IMG/VR virus record: IMGVR_UViG_3300027977_000029 | Coordinates: 7,704-71,703 of that record | DNA from: a virus | DNA length: 64,000 nt | Reading direction: 5' to 3' (one strand) | In this document: one piece after another, positions 48,683 to 57,034 of the stretch | Layout: each line of letters begins with the position of its first letter | How positions within the stretch are numbered: the first letter of the stretch is position 1 | Position numbers and translations under genes: made by a program | Notes under the pieces: generated by a model | Database searches by the model: none | The model's input: the letters and a program-made list of their open reading frames with translations, nothing else | What the model was told of the DNA's origin: nothing

Positions 48683-48928
48683 ATGAGTATTGAACAGTTC
48701 AGTTGGCCATGTGATCACCTTGATCATGATGTCCAGGTACCAGGTTGTGAATTCCATGCCTTCTTTGGGCATTCATTCTGTGAAGTGCACCGTAACGAAC
48801 TGGCGATTAAGTTCGTTGAGAAGCGGGGTAAACGACTACCGAAGCCTGATGCTCCTGTTGAAGAGAGTTTCGAAGAGTTCGCCTTCATCCCAGCCAAGCA
48901 AAAGAGGCGCTATGACAGACGCTATTAA
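48683..48928 (+). CDS. Cys/His-rich hypothetical protein
   Basis: CDH...C...FCEVH. Confidence 0.55.
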   Translation: MSIEQFSWPCDHLDHDVQVPGCEFHAFFGHSFCEVHRNELAIKFVEKRGKRLPKPDAPVEESFEEFAFIPAKQKRRYDRRY

Positions 48929-49283
48929 ATACGACCCTTATCCGTATGCTATTGGCTCTGAAGAATTCCCTGGGTTCTCTAAACTTATCGAAGAGCTGGG
49001 TGAACTTAATCAAGTAATTGGTCAAATTCTTGCACGTGGCAGTCAGCTAGGTGATTTTCATAATCACAAACTTGCAACCAGACTCGTGGAAGAGATGGCT
49101 GATACCTCAGCTGCTATCCTGCTTGTATTAGACGAAAACAAGCTGAACAATAAAGGCTTTATCGCTCGTCGTAACTACAAGTATAATACATACCGGCGTT
49201 GGCAGGCTCAAGGTATTGATGCTTGGAAAGGTTACGAAGACGAGTTCTTGTCTACACCTGAGGGTTTTCCTCTTGGTGAATAA
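48912..49283 (+). CDS. MazG-like all-alpha NTP pyrophosphohydrolase
   Basis: KLIEELGEL...LVEEMAD (ExxE...ExxD). Confidence 0.7.
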   Translation: MTDAIKYDPYPYAIGSEEFPGFSKLIEELGELNQVIGQILARGSQLGDFHNHKLATRLVEEMADTSAAILLVLDENKLNNKGFIARRNYKYNTYRRWQAQGIDAWKGYEDEFLSTPEGFPLGE

Positions 49284-49286
49284 TAC

Positions 49287-49362
49287 GCCGCTTTAGCTCA
49301 GCTGGTAGAGCAACGGTTTTGTAAACCGTGGGTCGCAGGTTCGAATCCTGTAGGCGGCACCA
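49287..49362 (+). tRNA. tRNA-Thr(TGT)
   Basis: Cloverleaf; anticodon arm ACGGT-TTTGTAA-ACCGT; TTCGAAT loop; CCA end. Confidence 0.95.
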
Positions 49363-49380
49363 TTTTTAGAAAGACTTAAA

Positions 49381-49731
49381 ATGAACCTTAAGACTGCTAA
49401 TAGGCGTAGACGTAAAACTAGTAGCGACTACAGATACTCTCAATGGCTCAAGCAGTTTAAACTTGGAGCTATTGTAGAGAGTTGCTCCTTACACCCGATT
49501 CGTATTACTCGGTTTAACACTAAGCCCTACGGAGGCTTTGTTGATGGTGAGTCGCTCCTAGATGGCAGTCATCAAAGTTGCTCTATCCGACACTGCGGCG
49601 TAGATTTCTTAGCACCTTGGGAAGTCAAGAAAAAGCTTAAGCTTTGGAACAGTGGAGGTGAAAAGGCTCTTATTGCTGATTACTATGGAAGTAAAGAGGC
49701 TGCAGACGCCTTTATCAAAACCTGGAGATGA
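49381..49731 (+). CDS. Hypothetical protein (Cys/His motif)
   Basis: ESCSLHP...SCSIRHCG. Confidence 0.6.
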   Translation: MNLKTANRRRRKTSSDYRYSQWLKQFKLGAIVESCSLHPIRITRFNTKPYGGFVDGESLLDGSHQSCSIRHCGVDFLAPWEVKKKLKLWNSGGEKALIADYYGSKEAADAFIKTWR

Positions 49732-49733
49732 TT

Positions 49734-49821
<88 letters not shown>

Positions 49822-49846
49822 ATTAACATAAGAGAAAGTTGACTGA

Positions 49847-50005
49847 ATGAACTTGCTATTCATCGCTAAGGGTCCTAACCGCACACCCGTCGTAGTTGTC
49901 GGAGCTAATAACGACCGGGTTGTATATCACTACGATCATGAGAAGCGTAGACACTATGGTTGCGTGTCTCGTAAGTTCTTTGAAGAGAATTACGTCAAGG
50001 TTTAA
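49847..50005 (+). CDS. Small hypothetical protein (52 aa)
   Basis: MNLLFIAKGPNRTPVVVVG...ENYVKV fills the gap after tRNA-Ser. Confidence 0.5.
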   Translation: MNLLFIAKGPNRTPVVVVGANNDRVVYHYDHEKRRHYGCVSRKFFEENYVKV

Positions 50006-50007
50006 AG

Positions 50008-50032
50008 GCCGGAATTCTCCCATCTTATATGA
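50008..50032 (+). promoter_or_regulatory. Class B motif
   Basis: GCCGGAATTCTCCCATCTTATATGA, upstream of a GGAGG RBS. Confidence 0.7.
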
Positions 50033-50051
50033 TAACCATGGAGGTTGATCA

Positions 50052-50552
50052 GTGTTTAACCAAAAGCCTACCAAACAAATTCCTACTACATTTGCTCTAG
50101 GCCAGGAGCTAATAGATGACCTTACAGGTTTCTGTGGGTATGCCTATCAGCTACTCTATCAAGATAACGGCAATCTAAGGATCTCCCTTCAACCTAAGAG
50201 CAACAGCCCGAGCAAGCTTGAAGAAGCAATCAGTTTTGATATTCACACGCTGAGTATCGTCAGTGGTGGCTACTCTGACAGGATCCCTCCTGTTACCCCG
50301 TTCAAGTACATGTTCGGAGACCGCGTGAAAGATAGGCTCACGGGTTTCAATGGGATCATCGTTTGTAGAGCTTACTTTATAAATGGGTGTGCCTTTTACG
50401 AAGTTGTCAGTGAGAAGCTTGATAAAGATCAGCGCCCGGTGTGCTCTTGGATCCCTGAGCGGTACATTGAGCTGGTTAAAATCAGAGCAATATCTCCTCC
50501 TGAAAAGACAAAGACAGGTGGACCTCCCACTAAAGTTTCGTTCCGAGGCTAG
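50052..50552 (+). CDS. Protein with a duplicated SH3-like domain
   Basis: G....D.LTGF.G...NG pattern occurs twice. Confidence 0.65.
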   Translation: MFNQKPTKQIPTTFALGQELIDDLTGFCGYAYQLLYQDNGNLRISLQPKSNSPSKLEEAISFDIHTLSIVSGGYSDRIPPVTPFKYMFGDRVKDRLTGFNGIIVCRAYFINGCAFYEVVSEKLDKDQRPVCSWIPERYIELVKIRAISPPEKTKTGGPPTKVSFRG

Positions 50553-50559
50553 ATTAACC

Positions 50560-50636
50560 GCGCCCATAGCTCAACTGGTTAGAGCCGTCAGCTCATAACT
50601 GACTGGTTACAGGTTCAAGTCCTGTTGGGCGCACCA
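50560..50636 (+). tRNA. tRNA with CAT anticodon, likely tRNA-Ile2 (lysidine)
   Basis: G1-C72 pair (not initiator); C4-G69 and C5-G68 as in TilS substrates; CTCATAA loop; CCA end. Confidence 0.85.
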
Positions 50637-50655
50637 ACTCTGTGGAGACAGAAAA

Positions 50656-50955
50656 ATGACTATCGAAGTACCTCTCAGCAAAGCTCCTAGTAAAATTGCT
50701 GAAAAAGCTGCAATGGACCTCACGTTACTGGTAACTAACTTTACTAAAGACCCTCTTGAATCTGTCGATATTCTTTTGTTGTCAGCTGTAGGTTACAGTG
50801 TGGCAGGTTCAGTGTACGATAGTCAGTCGACTGGAGAGTCTCGTTTGGACTATATACGTGAGCGACTTGAGTATCTTCATGAATTTCTTATAGGACGTAT
50901 GGAGAGTGACCCTAAAGCACTAGAGCTCGCTGAACTTATAAGGGGATCCCGATGA
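50656..50955 (+). CDS. Array family A protein, copy 1
   Basis: AEKAA...N...D..ES.D.LLL...GE......ERL. Confidence 0.6.
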   Translation: MTIEVPLSKAPSKIAEKAAMDLTLLVTNFTKDPLESVDILLLSAVGYSVAGSVYDSQSTGESRLDYIRERLEYLHEFLIGRMESDPKALELAELIRGSR

Positions 50956-51359
50956 ACGAAATTCTTAAGTATCAAGGTGAATTATACCTAAAGGCTAAGC
51001 CTGATGAGTCACTTGCCAAGACACATTACTTTTCGGTGATGTTGGATGCTGGTTGGATTCTTGCTACGCGGCTGTCTGATGGTAAACTCACTTTTATTGA
51101 TCCACCAGTTGCAAAACCTGATGAGTTATACTGTATTGTATGGGTTCGTAAAAACAAGGTCGAGCTTACAGGTGTGTTCGAGAACGACATTGACATCCTT
51201 TACGACATCTGGATAGATCTCGCACCATACGAAAAAGCAAATTTGCTTTTCTATAATATAACTAAAGGTAAGACAAAGGTTGAAACTTTCGTGCGTTCAC
51301 CCCCAATCCCTTGGGCCTCCACTAAAACTTACATTGAAGGACTTTACAAGAATGTCTGA
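50952..51359 (+). CDS. Array family B protein, copy 1
   Basis: GELYLK...WIL...GKL...LTGVF...GLY. Confidence 0.6.
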   Translation: MNEILKYQGELYLKAKPDESLAKTHYFSVMLDAGWILATRLSDGKLTFIDPPVAKPDELYCIVWVRKNKVELTGVFENDIDILYDIWIDLAPYEKANLLFYNITKGKTKVETFVRSPPIPWASTKTYIEGLYKNV

Positions 51360-51588
51360 ACCTATGACACCCCGCGCAGAAGAAGCCTCAGCAGGCTTTA
51401 TCAAAGTACTACAGAACCTTGGAACTGACGAAAGAGAGTCTACGGACGCACTCCTGCTGGGATTAGCTAGTTTTCTAAGAGCTCAAGAACGGCATTTTGG
51501 GTCTGAGTTGGGTGAACTCGCACGGGAAGCACTCATCGACCGTCTTGATGAGTTCCTTGAATATATCAGAGAGCAAGAACGCGTATGA
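51352..51588 (+). CDS. Array family A protein, copy 2
   Basis: AEEAS...N...D..ES.D.LLL...GE......DRL. Confidence 0.6.
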   Translation: MSEPMTPRAEEASAGFIKVLQNLGTDERESTDALLLGLASFLRAQERHFGSELGELAREALIDRLDEFLEYIREQERV

Positions 51589-51725
51589 GTCGCTACATCA
51601 CGCACAATGGGGATGTTCGGGTTAAGACCTACATCGGGTCTGACTTGGCTGAAATTTCGCGCACTGTGATCATCAAGCGTCTTGACGAATTCGTCGAATT
51701 TATTAAAGGAAGGGAGCTCGTATAA
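51585..51725 (+). CDS. 46-aa B/A chimeric mini-gene
   Basis: MSRYITHNGDVRVKT (B-like) joined to GSDLAEISRTVIIKRLDEFVEFI (A-like); stop/start overlaps on both sides. Confidence 0.6.
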   Translation: MSRYITHNGDVRVKTYIGSDLAEISRTVIIKRLDEFVEFIKGRELV

Positions 51726-52135
51726 TGGATAAGTATCATATCGAAGGCGATGAAGTTTTTATTAAGACTAGCTACCGTCCAATTCACCCGCTGAGTCGTA
51801 GTAAGGTTCTGGCCGAGCATGCACACAATCTCTACTGTAATATCAAGACCGGTGAGCTCAAAGTTCTTCCAACTAAACCGATGGCCTTCAAAGTTTATGG
51901 GAAGTACGGCAGAGCTTCGCAAAATCTGTCCGGTATTTATACTACGGACCAGAATGCAATCTATAAGTTCTACGAGTTACTCACGAACGACTATGCCGAA
52001 TTCACTCTAGAAGCTTATGGGTACCGTGACGGATTTTGGGCCAAGAAGGTTTTGGTAATAGATCCCACTCGTCGTTGGAGCCTGATCAAGGAAGATTTGC
52101 TCAAGTTTTACGAAGAATACGGAAGGGTTAGCTAG
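51725..52135 (+). CDS. Array family B protein, copy 2
   Basis: EVFIKT...CNIKTGELK...NLSGIY..DQ. Confidence 0.65.
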   Translation: MDKYHIEGDEVFIKTSYRPIHPLSRSKVLAEHAHNLYCNIKTGELKVLPTKPMAFKVYGKYGRASQNLSGIYTTDQNAIYKFYELLTNDYAEFTLEAYGYRDGFWAKKVLVIDPTRRWSLIKEDLLKFYEEYGRVS

Positions 52136-52543
52136 ATGGCGAAGCACCTTATTGATAATGGGGAAGTCTGGATCAAGACCACCTATGACCTAACCGGTCC
52201 ACTCGGGAAGAGTTCGCTTCTGGCAACTTACGGAAATGGTGACTGGATTCTTTGTTGCAATATCGCAACCGGAGAACTCAAGTACCTCAAGAACCCGGAA
52301 GCGCCTGTAAAGCCAAGTTACGCTTTCAGGCTGGCATTCCCTGACTCCAACTTTTTCAATCTAACTGGTGTGTATGGGAATGATCAGTCAGTTCTCTACA
52401 AACATCGCCAAGAAGGTTGTAAGCTGTATGTAATGAAGAGGGCTGAAGTCTTTGCCAGTTTTGTACTCCCGAGAAACGCCACCTGGCTGAATGACCTCAA
52501 ACCCAAGCTGATTGACCTTTACAAAACATATGGAAGCGTGTAA
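52136..52543 (+). CDS. Array family B protein, copy 3
   Basis: EVWIKT...CNIATGELK...NLTGVY..DQ. Confidence 0.65.
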   Translation: MAKHLIDNGEVWIKTTYDLTGPLGKSSLLATYGNGDWILCCNIATGELKYLKNPEAPVKPSYAFRLAFPDSNFFNLTGVYGNDQSVLYKHRQEGCKLYVMKRAEVFASFVLPRNATWLNDLKPKLIDLYKTYGSV

Positions 52544-52563
52544 CAATGAAAAAGATCTCGAGT

Positions 52564-52593
52564 AGTACCCTAGGTAGTTTCACCTAGGGTACT
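52564..52593. repeat. Perfect 12-bp inverted repeat
   Basis: AGTACCCTAGGT-N6-ACCTAGGGTACT; no U tract. Confidence 0.7.
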
Positions 52594-52636
52594 CTCACTA
52601 TACCGGTGAGGGACCCTCCTTTAATACGAGGTTTAA

Positions 52637-52792
52637 ATGTCTCTCGCGAACAAGCGGAAAAAGGACCAGGAGATGGCCCAGCAGATGAAGCGGCTGGGGA
52701 TCGAGCGCAATCACACCAATTGCCCGATCTGTCATCACACGACGTCTCTGAGCAATCTTCGGTTCCACCTGACGACCTGTCAGGGCCGCTAA
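52637..52792 (+). CDS. 51-aa C2HC zinc-finger protein
   Basis: GAGGT RBS; CPIC-x11-H-x3-C; C/G-ending codons. Confidence 0.65.
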   Translation: MSLANKRKKDQEMAQQMKRLGIERNHTNCPICHHTTSLSNLRFHLTTCQGR

Positions 52793-52801
52793 TAACACTA
52801 C

Positions 52802-52828
52802 AGTCCTGAGCATGACTTTAAAAGGCTC
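52802..52828 (+). ncRNA. H-type pseudoknot element, copy 6
   Basis: AGTC-CT-GAGCA-T-GACT-TTAAAA-GGCTC; ends 10 nt before tRNA-Leu. Confidence 0.65.
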
Positions 52829-52838
52829 GCTTAATTTT

Positions 52839-52924
52839 GGGGATGTGGCGGAATTGGTAGACGCACCGGACTTAAAATCCGTTGGCTGTAAGTCGTAAGG
52901 GTTCGAGTCCCTTCATCCCTACCA
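52839..52924 (+). tRNA. tRNA-Leu(TAA)
   Basis: CGGA-CTTAAAA-TCCG anticodon arm; long variable arm; CCA end. Confidence 0.93.
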
Positions 52925-52943
52925 ACCTTTAAAGGAAAATACT

Positions 52944-53159
52944 ATGAGTAATACTCGTACTATGATGCGCAAGCTTCGCTCTTTCCGTAACAAGCTGAGT
53001 GATCCTGAGAATCAACGCATTAAGCCAGGTACGCCTGACCGTCGAGTCAGGAAGCTCGATGTTGATCCCAGGACAGGTCTGGATGTCCCCGCCGGTGTAC
53101 AGCTGACACTGCATGCCACCAAGGGCTATCGTAGCGAGCGTATCACTCACAAGGTTTAA
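52944..53159 (+). CDS. Small basic protein
   Basis: AAAGGA RBS; Arg/Lys rich. Confidence 0.55.
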   Translation: MSNTRTMMRKLRSFRNKLSDPENQRIKPGTPDRRVRKLDVDPRTGLDVPAGVQLTLHATKGYRSERITHKV

Positions 53160-53177
53160 ATAAAGGAAATTGTCTAA

Positions 53178-53549
53178 ATGAAAAAGATTGAAATCACCGT
53201 TCCTAACGACGTTGTTGCCACGATTGTCTCGCTTGTCATGGACTACGTGACTGAACTTCATGTGACTGAAGTCGAAGCTGGTGAGCCCACCCCTAGTCCG
53301 GTCAAAGTTGTTAGAGCCAAGAGGGAAAAGCGAGTGTCCCCAACATCCGCGACGAGACTTGGTAAAATCTATCTAGAGAGCCTCCCTGAAAACGGTGTGC
53401 CCATCCCACGCTCAACGGTTGCTTTTAATATGGAGGCTAAGGGTTACAAACCTAGCGGTGAAAGCTCAACTGCTTCTGGCTTGGTAAAAGAAGGTCTTAT
53501 TGAAGTTCTAGGAACGGGTGTTCGTAAGGTTGTTGAAGGAAATACCTGA
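53178..53549 (+). CDS. Putative DNA-binding protein, tandem paralog 1
   Basis: Shared 31-aa N-terminus; C-terminal wHTH-like pattern (SGLVKEGLIEV). Confidence 0.6.
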   Translation: MKKIEITVPNDVVATIVSLVMDYVTELHVTEVEAGEPTPSPVKVVRAKREKRVSPTSATRLGKIYLESLPENGVPIPRSTVAFNMEAKGYKPSGESSTASGLVKEGLIEVLGTGVRKVVEGNT

Positions 53550-53921
53550 ATGAAAAAGATTGAAATCACTGTTCCGAATGAAGTTGTTGCCACGATTGTC
53601 TCGCTTGTTATGGACTATGTCACAGAGCTTCATGTAACTGAAGCCAATCCTGGTAAGCTCAAGCCTAGTGCGTCAACTTTTGAGACCAGCGTTGCTAAGA
53701 GAAGAAACAATTCTCCAGTTTCTCTAACCAGACTCGGTCTTAAAGTACTTTCGTGGTTGCCTGAAGACGGCACGCCTATGGAACGCAGAGAACTACTCAA
53801 ACTCGTTCTTGGAGAAGGTTACAGGCTTAGTAGCGAGAGCGCAGTCTTAAGCGGTTTGAAGACTGAAGGCTGTGTTGGCGTCACCAGAACAACTGCTTGG
53901 AAAGTAATCAAAACGACCTAA
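53550..53921 (+). CDS. Putative DNA-binding protein, tandem paralog 2
   Basis: N-terminus identical to paralog 1 at 30 of 31 aa; SGLKTEGCVGV. Confidence 0.6.
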   Translation: MKKIEITVPNEVVATIVSLVMDYVTELHVTEANPGKLKPSASTFETSVAKRRNNSPVSLTRLGLKVLSWLPEDGTPMERRELLKLVLGEGYRLSSESAVLSGLKTEGCVGVTRTTAWKVIKTT

Positions 53922-53932
53922 CTTTCTAACCA

Positions 53933-54009
53933 GACTCCATAGCTCAATTGGATAGAGCAACAGCCTTCTAAGCTGTGGGTTGTAGGTTCAAGTCCTACTG
54001 GAGTCGCCA
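53933..54009 (+). tRNA. tRNA-Arg(TCT)
   Basis: ACAGC-CTTCTAA-GCTGT; CCA end. Confidence 0.95.
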
Positions 54010-54027
54010 ACCTTAAAGGAAATTCTT

Positions 54028-54222
54028 ATGGATAATATCGTTAAAGGTCTCAAGGCAGTGGCCTTGTTCATTACTGAATTTAAACAAGAAGCCGGAAATG
54101 AACTCTACAAAGAAGTTATAGAGTTCATCGCGTTCTATGCACGGCGTAATGGCCTCGATCGGCTCACTACAGAGATGGTCCTGGAGGCCCTCTATAAGCG
54201 AATTACTTATGGGGAAACCTGA
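54028..54222 (+). CDS. Hypothetical protein
   Basis: AAAGGA RBS. Confidence 0.55.
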   Translation: MDNIVKGLKAVALFITEFKQEAGNELYKEVIEFIAFYARRNGLDRLTTEMVLEALYKRITYGET

Positions 54223-54385
54223 CTTAATAGTAGTGGAATTCTACTTAGTGACTTACAAGCTAGATGGAAAGTCTTGCTGTAAGTCCTTCGATACGTTCAT
54301 CGAAGCAAACCGTTTCGGATCTAAGCTTGGTGCAGGGTTCAAAATACACCCAATCAAGCTTAGGTTCTAAACACTGGAGAGTGGC

Positions 54386-54759
54386 TTGAGACAATTTAAA
54401 GACGTTACTAGCGACCTTGATAGGCAGCAACGAACTAGGGCCTATGAGTTAGAGTCTGGCCAGCGTGTTAAGATCCTAGAGCGTATGGTCGTGATTATAG
54501 GCGCTGCTAAGGTTTTGCATCAGATGGGACTGATCGAAGATCCTGCCACGGCTGAACGGTATCCCGTATACCAGTGGGGTTCTCAGATTGGGACCCTTCC
54601 TGGGGATTTGACCCTCATAACATAAAGTCTACTTCGCCCTTCTATAGCCCAAGGGCTGGAGACTTTGTCGTAACACATGACAAGGTTCTTGCAGCCCCTA
54701 ACTTGGGTTCAGGAGATCTAGAAGCAGTTCCAGGATTTATTCGTGATGAAACAATTTAA
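54386..54759 (+). pseudogene. Gene apparently split by a 1-nt frameshift near 54607
   Basis: ...GTLPGD in one frame continues as FDPHNIKSTSPFY... in the -1 frame. Confidence 0.45.
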
Positions 54760-55117
54760 AGTATTTGCAGTACACCAAGGGGCTGGGGCAATTACTGTCA
54801 AACCTCACAGTCGTTACGAGGTCCCTATTCTGGAAAACTTTCTTAACAGGTTGGCTAGCGACGGCTATGAGGTAGTTGCAATAACGTCCGACAATAGCTG
54901 GTGGCATGTCACAGCTGTTCAGAACTTCACACCCCAGTACCGTCACCGTACACGAGAAACTGAGTACCAAGTCCTTGGAGTAGGCACCCTTCAAATTAGT
55001 ACTAAGCCTCCCCAAGATAACGACAGGGTTGTAGTCTACCGAGATGAAGAAGGGAACCTTTGGGTGAGAGAGCTCATGGAGTTCCACGATGGCAGATTTG
55101 AGGTTGTCAAGGCATGA
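54743..55117 (+). CDS. Protein with a C-terminal DUF1653-like domain
   Basis: YRH.....YQVLG...VVVY....LWVR...EF...RFE. Confidence 0.7.
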   Translation: MMKQFKVFAVHQGAGAITVKPHSRYEVPILENFLNRLASDGYEVVAITSDNSWWHVTAVQNFTPQYRHRTRETEYQVLGVGTLQISTKPPQDNDRVVVYRDEEGNLWVRELMEFHDGRFEVVKA

Positions 55118-55302
55118 ATCCTCCAGATGATTTTGTAATTGAACAACTGCGAGCTATCTTTAAAGAGTACGAGACAGTTCTCTCAGCTCTTCTGGAATCC
55201 TACGTACAACTTGGGAACTCTGGTGATTGTGGTTTTTGGGATCCAGAGGAGTTACCCGAAGTAATCGCAGCTCGTAAACTTCTAGTAAGACTGAGGACTT
55301 AA
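55114..55302 (+). CDS. Hypothetical protein
   Basis: SGDCGFWDPE; overlapping start and stop. Confidence 0.55.
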   Translation: MNPPDDFVIEQLRAIFKEYETVLSALLESYVQLGNSGDCGFWDPEELPEVIAARKLLVRLRT

Positions 55303-55493
55303 TGAGTAACGAACATTGGGTGGGGATCTCTAAAATTGGAGATAACTATCAAGTACAGCTTAATCTAAACGCTACAAGTGAGCGAGACCGTGTGAAGCAT
55401 AGGCATAGAGTTTGTAGTCTACGTAGTAATCGTCAACCAACAACCACGCCTTGGGTTCCAGGGCTTCCTAAGAATTGGAAAGGTAAAGTCTAA
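55302..55493 (+). CDS. Hypothetical protein
   Basis: TAATG coupling. Confidence 0.5.
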   Translation: MSNEHWVGISKIGDNYQVQLNLNATSERDRVKHRHRVCSLRSNRQPTTTPWVPGLPKNWKGKV

Positions 55494-55771
55494 TGGACTA
55501 CTTTTATGTTCTAGTGTTTGTGATCCTTGCAGTTATTATCTTACTCATGACGGATCAGCTCCGAAAGGCTGACAAGCAGCTTGTTGCTTTAAAAACTAAG
55601 CTTGGCGACACTGAGGCTATGCTCAGCTCTGCACGGTACACTCGTGAGAAAGATCAGAAGTCTCTTTCAGCTCACCAAGAGCACATCGAGAGATTGGAAA
55701 CTGAGATTAGGAAGCTTAATGGCTATCTCAAGGCCATGAAGGTCCCCTCTAAGAAGAAAGTCACAAAGTGA
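55493..55771 (+). CDS. TM-anchored coiled-coil protein 1
   Basis: N-terminal TM, heptad repeats, SKKKV tail. Confidence 0.6.
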   Translation: MDYFYVLVFVILAVIILLMTDQLRKADKQLVALKTKLGDTEAMLSSARYTREKDQKSLSAHQEHIERLETEIRKLNGYLKAMKVPSKKKVTK

Positions 55772-56175
55772 TGGAAGGTCTTGCTCACAGTTTTTCAGTC
55801 GTCGTTTTCGCACTCCTAGTCCTCTGGATTATCAGGCTCAGGGCTGACAAGCGGAGGCTTAAGGAAGACATTTCCGCCCAAGGATACACCAATCGGGGTC
55901 TTCTCGAAGAAATCTCTCAGGTTCGCAGCTACGCTGATATGTTTAAGAAGAAGTTTCAGGATTCAGAAGAACGTATCTCGAGGCTTCTTCAAGAAAACGA
56001 AAATTTGATTTCTCGGTGGAATCGAGCTACTAGTAAGCTTGATAAGGCGAAGGCTGAAATTAAAGTTTTAAAGGCTGAAGCCGAGATTGTTGACCACCGG
56101 GGTCGCAAGCTTTTAACTCTGGAAGAGGTCGGAGTCAGCACGAAGCGTTCTAAAAAGAAGGTACCTGGTTCCTAG
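55768..56175 (+). CDS. TM-anchored coiled-coil protein 2
   Basis: N-terminal TM, heptad repeats, SKKKV tail. Confidence 0.6.
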   Translation: MMEGLAHSFSVVVFALLVLWIIRLRADKRRLKEDISAQGYTNRGLLEEISQVRSYADMFKKKFQDSEERISRLLQENENLISRWNRATSKLDKAKAEIKVLKAEAEIVDHRGRKLLTLEEVGVSTKRSKKKVPGS

Positions 56176-56234
56176 ACGGCTGTTATGGGCCAATGACTGT
56201 AAACAATTTCACGAGCTAGTAATAAGGAGCTCCT

Positions 56235-56513
56235 ATGCAAGGTTCTATTTATAGAGAACAAAAACCTGGTCACGCTACCGTAGTTGTGCTCAGGTGTACT
56301 AAAGGCAAGTACGTCCGGAACTCCAGGGTCATCTATCGAGGCTTTGACCTCAATACAGCCCTGGACCTGGCCAACTTCTTCTGTGATTCAGTATTCATCA
56401 AGTTGACGTCTAAGATGTCAGCAACTCCTGGCTACTTTAAGAAGGAGAAGATGAAACTAGAAGATGTCTTCATCAAGGTTTATAAAGGGAAGCCTACGGT
56501 AACCGATGCCTAA
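56235..56513 (+). CDS. Hypothetical protein
   Basis: AAGGAG RBS. Confidence 0.55.
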   Translation: MQGSIYREQKPGHATVVVLRCTKGKYVRNSRVIYRGFDLNTALDLANFFCDSVFIKLTSKMSATPGYFKKEKMKLEDVFIKVYKGKPTVTDA

Positions 56514-56763
56514 GCTTATTGAGCTAATCGAAGATAAAGGTCTTCGAGAATGTCTTGCTCAAGACCTCGATCGGGCGGCTTGTCACTGTGAGAATCTCAA
56601 CGATACCATCATTAGTATCAGAGATTCTCAACCGCCCAGCACTAAACGGATCTATCGTAAATTTGGAAAGACCCTTGAAAAGTTCCTTGTGGAGCTTGGG
56701 GAACTTGAAGACGCTCTGGAGAGAGAACATGTCGTTGAAAAACCCAGAAAGTATCGAAACTAA
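56506..56763 (+). CDS. Hypothetical protein
   Basis: ORF. Confidence 0.5.
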   Translation: MPKLIELIEDKGLRECLAQDLDRAACHCENLNDTIISIRDSQPPSTKRIYRKFGKTLEKFLVELGELEDALEREHVVEKPRKYRN

Positions 56764-57034
56764 ACTTGCAAGGGCTGTAGTCACTGGAGCCCTCGGAGCG
56801 GGTTACTGGATCACGGTCCATGATGAAGAAGGCCCTACAGCTACTCAAGAGTGTACTGACCAGGATCAGATCTTCGAAGAGCTCGCGGAAACTGATTTCA
56901 ACGAAATACAATTGGGCGGAATGAGTGGTCATAAATTTATCACTTTCATCTGGGGTCTTGGAGATGAAGTGGTCAGTGATCACTCAGTGGGTCTTGAAGA
57001 CGAGCTCGCAATTTGGACGGCAGGGGTTTATTAA
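56729..57034 (+). CDS. Acidic hypothetical protein
   Basis: ATG at 56729 after GGAG. Confidence 0.55.
   Translation: MSLKNPESIETKLARAVVTGALGAGYWITVHDEEGPTATQECTDQDQIFEELAETDFNEIQLGGMSGHKFITFIWGLGDEVVSDHSVGLEDELAIWTAGVY

Noticed and set aside
52594-52629. CTCACTATA and TAATACGA, fragments of the T7 promoter consensus
   Set aside because: They are in the wrong order, separated and single-copy, and this phage has its own repeated motifs; likely chance.
52606-52809. 67-aa ORF from the track
   Set aside because: The alternative frame 52637..52792 has an RBS, a zinc-finger motif and better codon usage.
56357-56383. AGCCCTGGACCTGGCC resembling the pseudoknot element
   Set aside because: It lies inside a CDS and has no downstream partner for stem 2.
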